Origin: a virus
Reading direction: 5' to 3' (one strand)
Length of the DNA stretch: 64,000 bases
Virus record (IMG/VR): IMGVR_UViG_3300047408_000076
Location: 1,071-65,070 of that record
This document shows, piece after piece, positions 17,801 to 27,041 of the stretch. Position 1 is the stretch's first letter. Each line of letters opens with the position of its first letter. The notes beneath the pieces are model-generated. The model had not been told where the DNA came from. It saw nothing but the letters and a program-made list of their open reading frames with translations, and did not search any database. The position numbers were made by a program, and so were the translations under genes.

Positions 17801-20800
17801 TTGCCGGTATCATCGCGCAGGAATCGAGAGTCCCGCCAAAGGGGACGATTCCATTCAAGTTGTTTTTTGATGACGATAGTCTTTTTGGTGCGGTCATATC
17901 CACTGATGCGGACCAACTCGTGTTCGCAAATCTCGCGCTTGATGCGGTAGAAAACATCTTCCATGCAGACATGCCGAAGGCTTTGGTCCCGGATTTTTTC
18001 CCGATCGACGTGACCGAGTTTGTATTTAGGCCGTTGATTGCACAGGACCAGCGGCTACTGTTCTTGCTCCACAATGCGACGGATGTTTTTTTTCAGCCTG
18101 ACATTCGTATTCCAGGCACATTACAAGCTCCTTTCCATGTCGACCTCGATGTCGTTTTTGCCACGCCACTCATTCTGGCTCCTGGGATGTTGCGCGCTGA
18201 GGTGTATTTCGACTTCGATTCATTTATCCCGGCGACGATTGCTGTAATACAGACTCTGGCTCCAGCTCAGGTTGCTGCCGCCGATGTATTTTTTTCGCCA
18301 CGCGCTCGCATTGGTGTTGGTCCAGGTTTCTTCCTCTCGGACGATTACATACCTGCGTTTATCAGTACGGGGGCTCATGCAGCAGGATTGGTTTTCGATA
18401 GCGCGCGCCCGGTGACGGCCATCGCGACTTTCGACGGGCTCGCTACCGGCGTCACGCTGAGTCCTGACAACCTCACAGCCACGCACAACAACTACAACAA
18501 TTATTGCGGCGCGCGCAGCACGCTCATTCGCTCGACGGAGAAATTCTATTTTGAGGTCGCAATCGGACAGACCCACGGCTTCGTCGATTGCATCGGCATA
18601 GTCACCACGACAGCCACCTATCAAGACCTCGCTCAGGGCGCTAACTGCGTCGCGGTCTATGCGATCATCGGCGACGGCGGGATCATCGTCACTCAGTCCG
18701 CGCGTTCTGGGTTCTTCCTCGGCACCCTGGTCGACGGCGATATTGTCGGCGTGGCGATCGATTTCACCAACCGACTGGCGTGGTTCCGCAAGAACGGCGG
18801 TCACTGGAACGGCCAGAGCAGCGGTCACGACCCGGCCGCTACGTTGGGCGGCGTCTATATTCCTATCGGGGATTGGGTGCCAGCGATAGGTTTCGGCAGC
18901 CAAGCCGGTGTCGGTGGCCCGTATGCTGGGCTTCCCGGCGACAACATGACCGCGAATTTCGGCCAGTCGGCCTTCACAATGGACCCGCCAGCAGGCTTCG
19001 ACAATTGGCAAGCTCCCTCTCCGTTCGCTCCTTCGGGCACCGCCGATCGGTTTGGTGAGACCTACATTGTCAGTCCAGCGACGTTTGATGGACCGCCATA
19101 TCTAGCGGTCATGTCGAACGGGAATCTGACCGCGACGAGGTCTGGAGGTCCGTTCTCGATGGCGATGAGCGCATCGTCACAGAACTACGGCCGGTTTTAT
19201 TTTGAGGTCACCATCGATTCCACGCACGGCTCCGAGGATTGCCTTGGTATTTCGTTTGGCACCAATTCCCAGAGCTTCGATGGAGGTACGAATTGCACCG
19301 TCCTCTATTGCAACAACACCGGCAACGACGCGATCATCTGGTCGAACTACAGGAACTCAGGCAGTTCGCTGGGCCGTCCTCTGGTGGCTGGTGACATCAT
19401 CGGCGTTGCGGTCGATATCACGAATCAGAGTAAGACATTTGGCGGCAATACTTGGTTCAGCCTGAATGGTGGTCCTTGGAACGGAGATGCGAGCGCCGAC
19501 CCGTTCGTAGGCGCAGGCGGCGTTGCTGTGTCTGGTGCAAATTACGCTCTGAATTGGTTCCCTGCTGTTGGATTTGGCGGCACAAACTCAACTCTCGGCG
19601 ATCAGATGACGGCGAACTTCGGCCAGATTCCATTCGCCTTGACGAAGCCCGGTGGCTACTCGCCTTGGCCAACCAAGATACTTCAGGTCGTGCAAGGGCT
19701 AGTGGCTGCGCTGGTGGCAGACGACGTGGACACCGAAAGCTTGCCGCTGCCGTTTGCCGACACAAGCATCAAGAATTTGTATGTCGTGGATGTCTTGGAC
19801 GACACCTTGGTTGAGGCGATATTCGGCAGCGCGAGCTTCGGCGGCAATCTGTTCCTCGGTGCCGCTACCGTAGTGCAAGACCAGGACGCGATCTTCTCTC
19901 CGGGGACTTATGGTTCGCTGGCGGGCGGCTTCGAATCGCCAAACGTGACTGTATCGAACAACTCGCGCACAGCAACGCTGACCACTTCGATCAACAATAC
20001 CGGCGCTCGCAGTATCAGTTTCCAGAACGTCGGCAAATACTATTTCGAGGTCAATTGCGACAAGATCAACAGCTCTGACTGCGCAGGCGTGCTTCTGTCG
20101 AATGGCACCTATGCCAACATGGTGAATAACGGCACCAACTGCGTCTCCATCTTCGCGAGCAACGGCACCATCTGGTCGAACAATGGTTCTTCTGGCAAGA
20201 CACTTGGCGCAATCTTGTCCGGCAATGTGCTCAGCTTTGCGATCGATCTCGTGGCGCGCAGGGCCTGGATCAGAAAGAGCGGTGGTCCCTGGAACGGCGA
20301 CGCTCTCGCCAACCCAGCCACCAACACGGGCGGTGTTGCTGTTGGGGCGGGCGCTTTTGCTCCCGCGTTTGCCTTCGGGGGCGGTGGCCAGCAGATAAAC
20401 GATGCCTGGACCGGCAACTTTGGACAGAGCCCTTTTGCTTATCTGGTGCCAACCGGCTTCGGCGCTGGCTGGCCAGCTTCCAGCGTGCTCACCCTTCTGA
20501 ACTCCAATCTGGTCGCGGTGGACGATGCGTTCCCAACGCCAACGGTCATCCTTTACACGCGCTTCCTCGCGCCTGGGATCGTCACCGATGCCGACAGCTT
20601 GTTTGCGGTGGCGAAGGTGGGGTCGACCTCTGCTACGTTCGACGGAACACCATCCAACGTCACACTGACGAATACGAATCTGACAGCGACGCACGCCAAC
20701 ACGACCAACAACTCTGGTGCGCGCAGCAACTCGAATCAGAGCACCGGCAAATTTTATTTTGAGGTGGCGGTCACTACCACGCACGGTGCTTTCGATTGCG

Positions 20801-21207
20801 TTGGCATTCTAACGGCGGCTGGCACCTACACCGACTTGGTGACAAGTGGTGTGAACTGCATGGCAATCTACAAAGGGACTGGCAACATCTCCTCGAACAA
20901 TGCCAATTCTGGCAGGACGTTGGGTGCGATTGCGCTTGGCGACACCATCGGTGTTGCGGTGGACCTTGCAGCGCGCCGGGGCTGGATCAGGAAGAACGGC
21001 GGCAACTGGAATGGGCTCGCCATAGGCTCTGAGAATCCGGCGACTGGGCTGGGCGGTGTGGTGGTGGCTGCGACCGTGAGCTTCGCGCCAGCGGTTGGCT
21101 TCGGCGGCAGCGGGACGGCGGCGAACGACGCCATGACCGCCAACTTCGGTGACACCGCGTTCCAGGCCGCAGCTCCTGTTGGTTTCGCTAATTGGCCCAT
21201 CTCATGA
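17797..21207 (+). CDS. Putative receptor-binding protein with four tandem SPRY/B30.2-like domains
   Basis: Four repeats of NLTAT...G(K/R)(F/Y)YFEV...GD.(I/V)GVA(V/I)D...W...NG.W...ANFG...F...P.GF..W. Confidence 0.7.
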   Translation: MIAGIIAQESRVPPKGTIPFKLFFDDDSLFGAVISTDADQLVFANLALDAVENIFHADMPKALVPDFFPIDVTEFVFRPLIAQDQRLLFLLHNATDVFFQPDIRIPGTLQAPFHVDLDVVFATPLILAPGMLRAEVYFDFDSFIPATIAVIQTLAPAQVAAADVFFSPRARIGVGPGFFLSDDYIPAFISTGAHAAGLVFDSARPVTAIATFDGLATGVTLSPDNLTATHNNYNNYCGARSTLIRSTEKFYFEVAIGQTHGFVDCIGIVTTTATYQDLAQGANCVAVYAIIGDGGIIVTQSARSGFFLGTLVDGDIVGVAIDFTNRLAWFRKNGGHWNGQSSGHDPAATLGGVYIPIGDWVPAIGFGSQAGVGGPYAGLPGDNMTANFGQSAFTMDPPAGFDNWQAPSPFAPSGTADRFGETYIVSPATFDGPPYLAVMSNGNLTATRSGGPFSMAMSASSQNYGRFYFEVTIDSTHGSEDCLGISFGTNSQSFDGGTNCTVLYCNNTGNDAIIWSNYRNSGSSLGRPLVAGDIIGVAVDITNQSKTFGGNTWFSLNGGPWNGDASADPFVGAGGVAVSGANYALNWFPAVGFGGTNSTLGDQMTANFGQIPFALTKPGGYSPWPTKILQVVQGLVAALVADDVDTESLPLPFADTSIKNLYVVDVLDDTLVEAIFGSASFGGNLFLGAATVVQDQDAIFSPGTYGSLAGGFESPNVTVSNNSRTATLTTSINNTGARSISFQNVGKYYFEVNCDKINSSDCAGVLLSNGTYANMVNNGTNCVSIFASNGTIWSNNGSSGKTLGAILSGNVLSFAIDLVARRAWIRKSGGPWNGDALANPATNTGGVAVGAGAFAPAFAFGGGGQQINDAWTGNFGQSPFAYLVPTGFGAGWPASSVLTLLNSNLVAVDDAFPTPTVILYTRFLAPGIVTDADSLFAVAKVGSTSATFDGTPSNVTLTNTNLTATHANTTNNSGARSNSNQSTGKFYFEVAVTTTHGAFDCVGILTAAGTYTDLVTSGVNCMAIYKGTGNISSNNANSGRTLGAIALGDTIGVAVDLAARRGWIRKNGGNWNGLAIGSENPATGLGGVVVAATVSFAPAVGFGGSGTAANDAMTANFGDTAFQAAAPVGFANWPIS

Positions 21208-21791
21208 TCGACGAATTGCAAAGCCCACCGATCGCGCCTGGGCGCTCCTGCGGCAAGTGCTCGCTGTGCTGCAAGCTCCTGCATGTTGTCGAGTTGAACA
21301 AGCCGGCGGGCAAATGGTGCAAGCACTGCCGTCCAGGCCGCCCCGAGGGTGGCTGCACGATCCATGAGACGCGGCCGCCGATCTGCCGGGGCTACGCTTG
21401 CGGCTGGCTGATGAGCAATACCGTGAGCGAGGATTGGTATCCGCCGATCTCGCATATGGTCCTCTCGCTCGCGCCGCTCGACGGCATATTGACGTGTACG
21501 GTCACGGTCGATCCAAACTTCTCTGGCATGTGGAAGCGTGAGCCGTACTATTCGCAGCTCAAGGCGATGGCTTACAATGGCCTGCACGTCTCAAGGCCAC
21601 GCGAGATTCTGCTGGTACAGGTTCGCTGCGACGCTCGGGTGTGGCTGTTGACGGACAAGAACGACATCGACATTTCCAAGTTATCCTACGTCGTGAAACT
21701 CGTCGGCGATGGCCACTACGGCATCGAGCTATTCAACACCCAGGAAGAGGCGCGCGAGCGGGTGCAGGAACTGATGCAGCAGATTCAATAG
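21204..21791 (+). CDS. Cys-rich metal-binding protein (YkgJ-like cysteine cluster)
   Basis: CGKCSLCC...WCKHC...CTIHETRPPIC...C pattern. Confidence 0.6.
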   Translation: MIDELQSPPIAPGRSCGKCSLCCKLLHVVELNKPAGKWCKHCRPGRPEGGCTIHETRPPICRGYACGWLMSNTVSEDWYPPISHMVLSLAPLDGILTCTVTVDPNFSGMWKREPYYSQLKAMAYNGLHVSRPREILLVQVRCDARVWLLTDKNDIDISKLSYVVKLVGDGHYGIELFNTQEEARERVQELMQQIQ

Positions 21792-21829
21792 AGGTGCCCG
21801 CCAAGTCCGGTCCCGGATTGGCGAACACG

Positions 21830-21872
21830 AGGCCCGCAGCTCCGTCACCCGGCGAGCTGCGGGCCTTTTTTT
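21830..21872 (+). terminator. Rho-independent terminator ending the tail operon
   Basis: 13-bp stem AGGCCCGCAGCTC/GAGCTGCGGGCCT followed by a T run. Confidence 0.85.
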
Positions 21873-21896
21873 ACAGTTGACAGGTAATCACCTACT

Positions 21897-22244
21897 GTGG
21901 CCATAATGGCCCGTGGCCGATTTGGCCGCTTTTGGGGGCAAAATATGCGAACGATTTCAGCGGCCCGGATGAAGGGCAACTCGATGGGGCACGCGAACAA
22001 AGTCCCGACCCAGGGGTCTCGGCTCCGCAAGATATGGGATATGTTCCAAGGATCGCGCGGGGTGGTGCTCAAGGTGGGCTTGCCCCAGGAGGACAAGAAC
22101 GCAATCCAGCAGTTGCGTGACTTCTATGGGCTGGATATCCGCTGCATCAAGTACGGCCATTGGTGCCTGTGCGGCGAGTGGGTCGTTGGCGGCGGCTACA
22201 TTGATTACGTGGCAGCGCGCCATCAGGATGCGGTGGATGGATGA
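21897..22244 (+). CDS. Hypothetical protein (start uncertain, possibly 21945)
   Basis: ORF track; fills the gap between terminator and next gene. Confidence 0.45.
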   Translation: MAIMARGRFGRFWGQNMRTISAARMKGNSMGHANKVPTQGSRLRKIWDMFQGSRGVVLKVGLPQEDKNAIQQLRDFYGLDIRCIKYGHWCLCGEWVVGGGYIDYVAARHQDAVDG

Positions 22245-22309
22245 ACAGGAGGGCGATGACAGAACAGAATGCGGAATAGATTTTCACTTTCACAAATGAG
22301 GAAACCTTC

Positions 22310-23083
22310 ATGAAGAAGCTTCTAGCTACGACCGCGCTCCTGGCGGTCTTCACCCTCCCCGCTGCCGCCAGCACCGTCACGCTGGGCGGTCAGACCTGGG
22401 ACACCACCAACTCGGGCAGCCTGAGCCTCGGCAACGTAGTGCCGGCCGGCAATCAGCCGCAGAACGCCCCGTGCGTGATCTGCGGTGCCAACCAGCCACA
22501 ACAGCCGGCAAACTTCGGCTACAACGACTACCAGAACGGCGGCAATCTGACGGCGGCTACCGCCTTCTCCGACCAGGGTTCCGGTGGCAGGAATACACTG
22601 TCCAACAACACCATCGGTTCGGTGAACCCAGGCTACCAAGTCGGCGCGGGGAGCGCTTTCCTGGCCTACCTACTCGCCAACAACGATACCAGCCTCGGGT
22701 TCAGCATCGGCGTGGACGTGAACGATAACGGCAACGCGCAGACACTGAACGCCTTCTACTTTCTCGACTACACGACACACACCGTGCTCGCCAGCTTCAC
22801 TGGCGGCGCGACCGGCAACGTGCCGTCGGTTCACAACGGCACCGGGCTCCCGGACTACAGCATCACCGGGGCGCTGCTCAACTTGAACGATGTCCACCTG
22901 GGCGACACGATTGGCTTCGTGGCGATCATGACCGGACTAAACGATGGCCCGGACAGCTTCTTTATTGAAGCTGCCCCGGCGGTGGCGCAGACTCCGCTGC
23001 CGGCCTCGCTGCCGTTTATGCTGGCGGGGCTCGCTGGGCTCTACGGCCTAACCAAGAGGAAGAAGCCTGTTGTTAAGGCTTGA
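22310..23083 (+). CDS. Secreted protein with PEP-CTERM / VPLPA-CTERM-like sorting tail
   Basis: Signal peptide MKKLLATTALLAVFTLPAAA; C-terminal TPLPASLPFMLAGLAGLYGLTKRKK (motif, TM helix, basic cluster); SD GAGGA. Confidence 0.8.
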   Translation: MKKLLATTALLAVFTLPAAASTVTLGGQTWDTTNSGSLSLGNVVPAGNQPQNAPCVICGANQPQQPANFGYNDYQNGGNLTAATAFSDQGSGGRNTLSNNTIGSVNPGYQVGAGSAFLAYLLANNDTSLGFSIGVDVNDNGNAQTLNAFYFLDYTTHTVLASFTGGATGNVPSVHNGTGLPDYSITGALLNLNDVHLGDTIGFVAIMTGLNDGPDSFFIEAAPAVAQTPLPASLPFMLAGLAGLYGLTKRKKPVVKA

Positions 23084-23327
23084 GGTGGTTGTCGCCGTCG
23101 CGTTGATGGTGGCCACCGTCATCCTTTTGGCACTCGTGATCTAAAGAGGTAGGCTGACTTGCTCCCGCTCGTCAGCGTACAGGCCCGCCGGGATGATCCC
23201 GCCATCCATCGGCATCCCGCCCGGCGGGCCACAGATTGACCGGCAAGGTGCCCCCTAGTCGGTCATAGGCCCACCGAGTCCCGACCACCATTGAGCCCGG
23301 TGGGCCGCCCATTCTTCGAGGTACACC

Positions 23328-23561
23328 ATGAATATTCCGATTGGCTGGTTCCTGCGAGCGTGGGATCGCTTCGGTGACTGGGCGTGCGTGCCCCTCAGAC
23401 ATAGCGGCAAGATCACCCGGTTCGATGTACTGTTCGCCATCAGTATCGTTGGTGTGGGTGCGGGCGCTTGGTACACGGATGGCTTGGATGGCTTCGTAAA
23501 GACGGAAGCCTCGGTCGCATTCGGGTATTTCGGTTTGTGGTTGTTGATGCCCAAGACATGA
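23328..23561 (+). CDS. Small membrane protein
   Basis: Two hydrophobic segments; SD GAGG. Confidence 0.45.
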   Translation: MNIPIGWFLRAWDRFGDWACVPLRHSGKITRFDVLFAISIVGVGAGAWYTDGLDGFVKTEASVAFGYFGLWLLMPKT

Positions 23562-24121
23562 GCGGTATGAGCATCGGTCGTGGCCATTTTTGGTATGGCG
23601 ATTATCCGTTTGTTGATCCAGATTTTGACGACGAGTGGAGCGACTGCGAGTTTCTCGCGCACGAAATTGAAATGACCGGCGCGGCCGAATTGCACCCTGA
23701 CGGCTTTTGCCACGACCTCGACGTGGTGCCATTGGTCAGCCGGCAATATACTGAGGGCATTGTCGCCGAGCTAAAGAAGCGCGAGTGGGCGCAGCACCTC
23801 AAGGACCGCAAGGCATGGCAGGAGCAGCACGAACACGAGCGGGAACTCCGGTCGCGCGCACTCGACATGCGGAACCTTGAGGTCACGCAGGCGCAACTGG
23901 ACGAGGCGCTGAGCGAGCTTCCGGCAGGGGAGCGGCCGCCGAGTATTCTCGCCGAGATGAAGCCGCACGATCCGCTCGCGCCCGGACAGGGCCGGGTCGT
24001 GGGCGACTATGTGATGATTCGCGAGCAAGATCGCGCCGTCTGGGCCGGCGATCCGGGGCGCGCCCGCCTGCCGCTGGTCTGGCAGGGGAGGGGGCTCCTC
24101 ATCTTCCGGCTGCGGTCCTGA
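23558..24121 (+). CDS. Hypothetical protein
   Basis: ATGA overlap at 23558; 187 aa with a coiled segment. Confidence 0.55.
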   Translation: MSGMSIGRGHFWYGDYPFVDPDFDDEWSDCEFLAHEIEMTGAAELHPDGFCHDLDVVPLVSRQYTEGIVAELKKREWAQHLKDRKAWQEQHEHERELRSRALDMRNLEVTQAQLDEALSELPAGERPPSILAEMKPHDPLAPGQGRVVGDYVMIREQDRAVWAGDPGRARLPLVWQGRGLLIFRLRS

Positions 24122-24319
24122 CCCCCCGGAACCCGGTCACCATTGCCATATGGATGGACCATTGGCCGTTTGTTTGGGCCATAAAGGCCATTTCGCCGCT
24201 AGTGCGCCTCCGGGCCGGCCCGGCTACCGGGGAGGCCCGGAAAAAAGGACGCGCCAGCGGCCCGCGCTGGGGCTTGGCGGGGCCTCCTATGGGCTTGCGG
24301 GATTCCGGCCTCCGGGCTT

Positions 24320-24510
24320 TCCGGGGCGGATTCGTGCCTCCCGGACGCGGGGCGGACGCGGGGCGGGGAAAGATAGACTCGCAAGCGAATATCTTGGCGC
24401 GGCCCGGAGCGGGGCCGGTGCGGCTTGGCGCGGGGAGCGGGGAGCGGGGCCGCGCGCGGTGCGGCTTGGCGCGACCCGGTGCGGGTCTCCGGGATTCGGG
24501 GCTCCCGGTG
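24320..24510 (+). repeat. G-run low-complexity tract (left), G-quadruplex-prone
   Basis: About 9 GGGG runs on the + strand, built from GCGGGG(A/C), GGCTTGGCGCG and GGTGCGG words. Confidence 0.7.
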
Positions 24511-24539
24511 AAGCGGACAATTTGGCCTAGTGAATCAAG

Positions 24540-24569
24540 TTGCAACGCGCGGAAAAATTTGCCATATAT
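24540..24569 (+). promoter_or_regulatory. Putative sigma70-type promoter for the AAA/vWA module
   Basis: TTGCAA-N17-CATATA, close to the rhizobial RpoD consensus TTGAC-N17/18-CTATAT; followed directly by GAGTC. Confidence 0.55.
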
Positions 24570-24778
24570 GAGTCCACCTTCGGGTTGCAAGCGGCGCGCC
24601 AATGCGCCCCCGATACCGGAGGGAAAGGACTCGGAGCGCTCCCGCATTAGATTGCGGACTCGTTGCTCCGATAGCCTGACAACGGACTCGCGCTAATGCG
24701 GGGAGGTTGTGAAGCGGCGGAACAAGCCGGGGCGCGCGTTGCGACTCGGTGAAACAAAATCCGCCAATGACTCCTAAC

Positions 24779-24879
24779 GTGAACACTAAGAGGGCCGCGC
24801 GCGTTGCGGCCCTTCATAGTGTCCATACGGATGCTCCCGGCTTGCTACCGGGCCTTTCCCAGATGAGGAGTCTAAAACA
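24779..24879 (+). ncRNA. Structured ~100-nt leader element, copy 1
   Basis: Long hairpin GTGAACACTA-AGAGGGCCGC/GCGGCCCTTC-ATAGTGTCCAT, then hairpin CCCGG-CTTGCTA-CCGGG, then SD GAGGAG. Confidence 0.7.
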
Positions 24880-25896
24880 ATGGCAGTAAATCAAGAGCAT
24901 GAAATCACGATATCGGAAGCGGCCGTCCGCTTAGAGATTCTAACGGACGCGGGCGACTCCGTTATGCTTTGGGGCGCGCCCGGAATCGGCAAGTCCGATA
25001 TCGTGCATCAATTGGGGGCGAAAAAGGGCCGCAAGGTAATTGAGTTCCATGCGGCATTGCGGGAGACGGTAGACCTTCGGGGAATCCCGGTTCCAGATTT
25101 GGCAACGGGCAAGACTCGATGGCTCATTCCCGATGAGCTTCCCAATGCGGAACGCGACGGGGAACACGGGTATTTATTTTGCGATGAAATCAATCAAGCT
25201 TCACCGCAAATGCAAGGAGTCCTTGGCGGACTCATTCTCTATGGCACAATTGGCGATTACAGACTCCCGGCCGGATGGCGGGTTATTGCCGCTGGCAATC
25301 GAGTCTCTGATCGCGCGGCCGCGCAAAGAATGCCGACTCATATGCGCAATCGGTTCGCTCATCTATTCATAGCACCCGACGTTAATGCGTGGTGCCAGTG
25401 GGCAAACGCGAATCGAGTCGCCCCGGAGGTTGTCGCGTTCGTCCGCTTGCGGCGCGAATTGATTCACCTAATGCCGAAGGGCGACGAAAATGCTTTCCCG
25501 ACTCCCCGCTCAATTACCAAAGCGGCGAAATACGTGAGCGCTCCGAAAGAGCATCGCTTGTCACTATTCGGGGCTTTGATTGGCGACGCGGTAGCGGCGG
25601 AATTGGACGGTTTTCTAGAGCTTTACCGTTCACTCGGTTCGCTGGACGATATCATAGCGAATCCGGCCGGTGCGCCCGTTCCTACGGAACCGTCATGCCG
25701 CTTTGCGGTCTGCACCGGGCTTGCTCGCATGGCCTCCCGCAAAAACTTTGGCGCGATCATTGACTACGCCAAGCGCTTGAACCGCGAGTCCGAAATCTTG
25801 CTGGTAACGGACGCAACGGGGCGCGATGAGAGTCTGAAAAATACTGCGCCATACGGGCAATGGGCGGTAGCCAATCAAGATTTGACAATCCAATGA
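24880..25896 (+). CDS. MoxR-type AAA+ ATPase
   Basis: Walker A WGAPGIGKS, Walker B LFCDE, AAGNR sensor I, RNRF arginine finger, FPTPRS sensor II. Confidence 0.9.
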   Translation: MAVNQEHEITISEAAVRLEILTDAGDSVMLWGAPGIGKSDIVHQLGAKKGRKVIEFHAALRETVDLRGIPVPDLATGKTRWLIPDELPNAERDGEHGYLFCDEINQASPQMQGVLGGLILYGTIGDYRLPAGWRVIAAGNRVSDRAAAQRMPTHMRNRFAHLFIAPDVNAWCQWANANRVAPEVVAFVRLRRELIHLMPKGDENAFPTPRSITKAAKYVSAPKEHRLSLFGALIGDAVAAELDGFLELYRSLGSLDDIIANPAGAPVPTEPSCRFAVCTGLARMASRKNFGAIIDYAKRLNRESEILLVTDATGRDESLKNTAPYGQWAVANQDLTIQ

Positions 25897-26054
25897 TTCA
25901 GCAAATCTTGATCTATGCGGCATATCTTTGCGGCATTGCCGCGTTTGGTTATGTCGCGCACCGTCGCGGCCATAACGGATTTTATTGGGGCTTGCTCGCG
26001 CTCCTGATAACTCCGCTTTTCGCATGGCCGCTTCTAAAACGGAGGCCAGAGTGA
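25893..26054 (+). CDS. Small two-TM membrane protein (53 aa)
   Basis: ATGA overlap; TM-HRRGHNGFYW-TM with terminal PL motif and basic tail. Confidence 0.6.
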   Translation: MIQQILIYAAYLCGIAAFGYVAHRRGHNGFYWGLLALLITPLFAWPLLKRRPE

Positions 26055-26150
26055 ACACTACAGAGTCGCCCTTCGGGGCGATTCGATAGTGTCCATACGG
26101 ATGCTCCCCGGCTTGCTCCGGGGCCTTTCCCAGATGAGGAGTCTAATACC
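26051..26150 (+). ncRNA. Structured ~100-nt leader element, copy 2
   Basis: Same lower stem; different upper stem GAGTCGCCC/GGGCGATTC capped by a C-UUCG-G tetraloop; 3' part nearly identical to copy 1. Confidence 0.75.
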
Positions 26151-27041
26151 ATGACAACAACAACTAAAATTGCGTCCCCTCTTTCCCGCAAGGCTACGCT
26201 TGTGGCCGTTAAAATCGGCGGATGGTCCGCGCGCAAATTAGACCGTGAAATCACAGCGGAGACGAACGCGCGGCACAATGCTTCGGCGGACGCGGGACGC
26301 TACAATAAGTTGCTGATCAATACGGAACGACTCGCCAAGCTCACGTCCCTCGCATCGCAAGCCCGGACGCTGCACTATTCCCTAACGAGTCCATGGGCGG
26401 ATGAGGGCGCGCGCGTTCTCCCCAATGCGTTCTATTCCAAGTTCACCGATGAGTTTAGAATCTTAAAGCGGGAGTTTAGTGCAGCGGCGGATGAGTTCGC
26501 ACGCGATTATCCCGCGTTCGTTCAAGAGCGAAAAGCGCAATTGAACGGTGCTTTCAAGGAGTCCGATTATCCTTCCGCTTCGGAGATTCGCGGCAAGTTC
26601 CGGCTTGAAATCGCGGTGCTTCCGTTCCCGGACGCGGCGGACTTCCGCTCCGATTTGGACGATGACACCGTGGCCGATATCAGGGCGGAGATTGAAGCGA
26701 CTTCGGGCGCGGTGCTGCAAGACTCTTTGAAGGACGCGGCAGAACGTATCATCAAAAAAGTCGGACATATGGCCGCGAAGCTTAAGGAATATAAGACTGG
26801 CAAGCCCGGTGAACGTAAGTTTTTCGCGGACTCGCTTGTGGAAAATGTCCGCGAGCTTGCGGCAATGCTCCCGGCTTTCAATCTTGCGGACGATGCGGCA
26901 TTGACTGCCATAACGGAGCGAATTGAAAAAGAGTTGTGCGCGGAGGACGCACAAGCGCTCCGGGATAACGACTCCGCCCGCGAGTCCGTCGCAAAATCGG
27001 CGGACGATATTGTAGCGGAGGTTTCAAAGTTTTTAGCCTAA
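26151..27041 (+). CDS. DUF3150-like helical protein
   Basis: 296 aa with TSPWADEGARVLP and DYPSASEIRGKF motifs; typical partner of AAA/vWA pairs in phages and ICEs. Confidence 0.55.
   Translation: MTTTTKIASPLSRKATLVAVKIGGWSARKLDREITAETNARHNASADAGRYNKLLINTERLAKLTSLASQARTLHYSLTSPWADEGARVLPNAFYSKFTDEFRILKREFSAAADEFARDYPAFVQERKAQLNGAFKESDYPSASEIRGKFRLEIAVLPFPDAADFRSDLDDDTVADIRAEIEATSGAVLQDSLKDAAERIIKKVGHMAAKLKEYKTGKPGERKFFADSLVENVRELAAMLPAFNLADDAALTAITERIEKELCAEDAQALRDNDSARESVAKSADDIVAEVSKFLA

Noticed and set aside
17797-21207. Diversity-generating retroelement TR/VR pair among the SPRY repeats
   Set aside because: Copies differ at all base types rather than only at adenines, there is no near-identical noncoding template, and no reverse transcriptase is in the window.
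23183-23230. GGCCCGCCGGG...CCCGGCGGGCC inverted repeat as a mobile-element end or ncRNA
   Set aside because: Single copy, no transposase or target duplication; most simply a terminator-like hairpin after the CTERM gene.
24099-24786. Several 60-180 aa ORFs on both strands over the left G-rich tract
   Set aside because: Arg/Gly/Pro/Ala low-complexity translations expected from stop-poor GC-rich DNA; no SD or domain pattern.
24779-24879. Known self-cleaving ribozyme (hammerhead, twister, pistol) in the leader element
   Set aside because: No CUGAUGA/GAAA core or recognisable pseudoknot pairing by eye; a covariance search is still needed.
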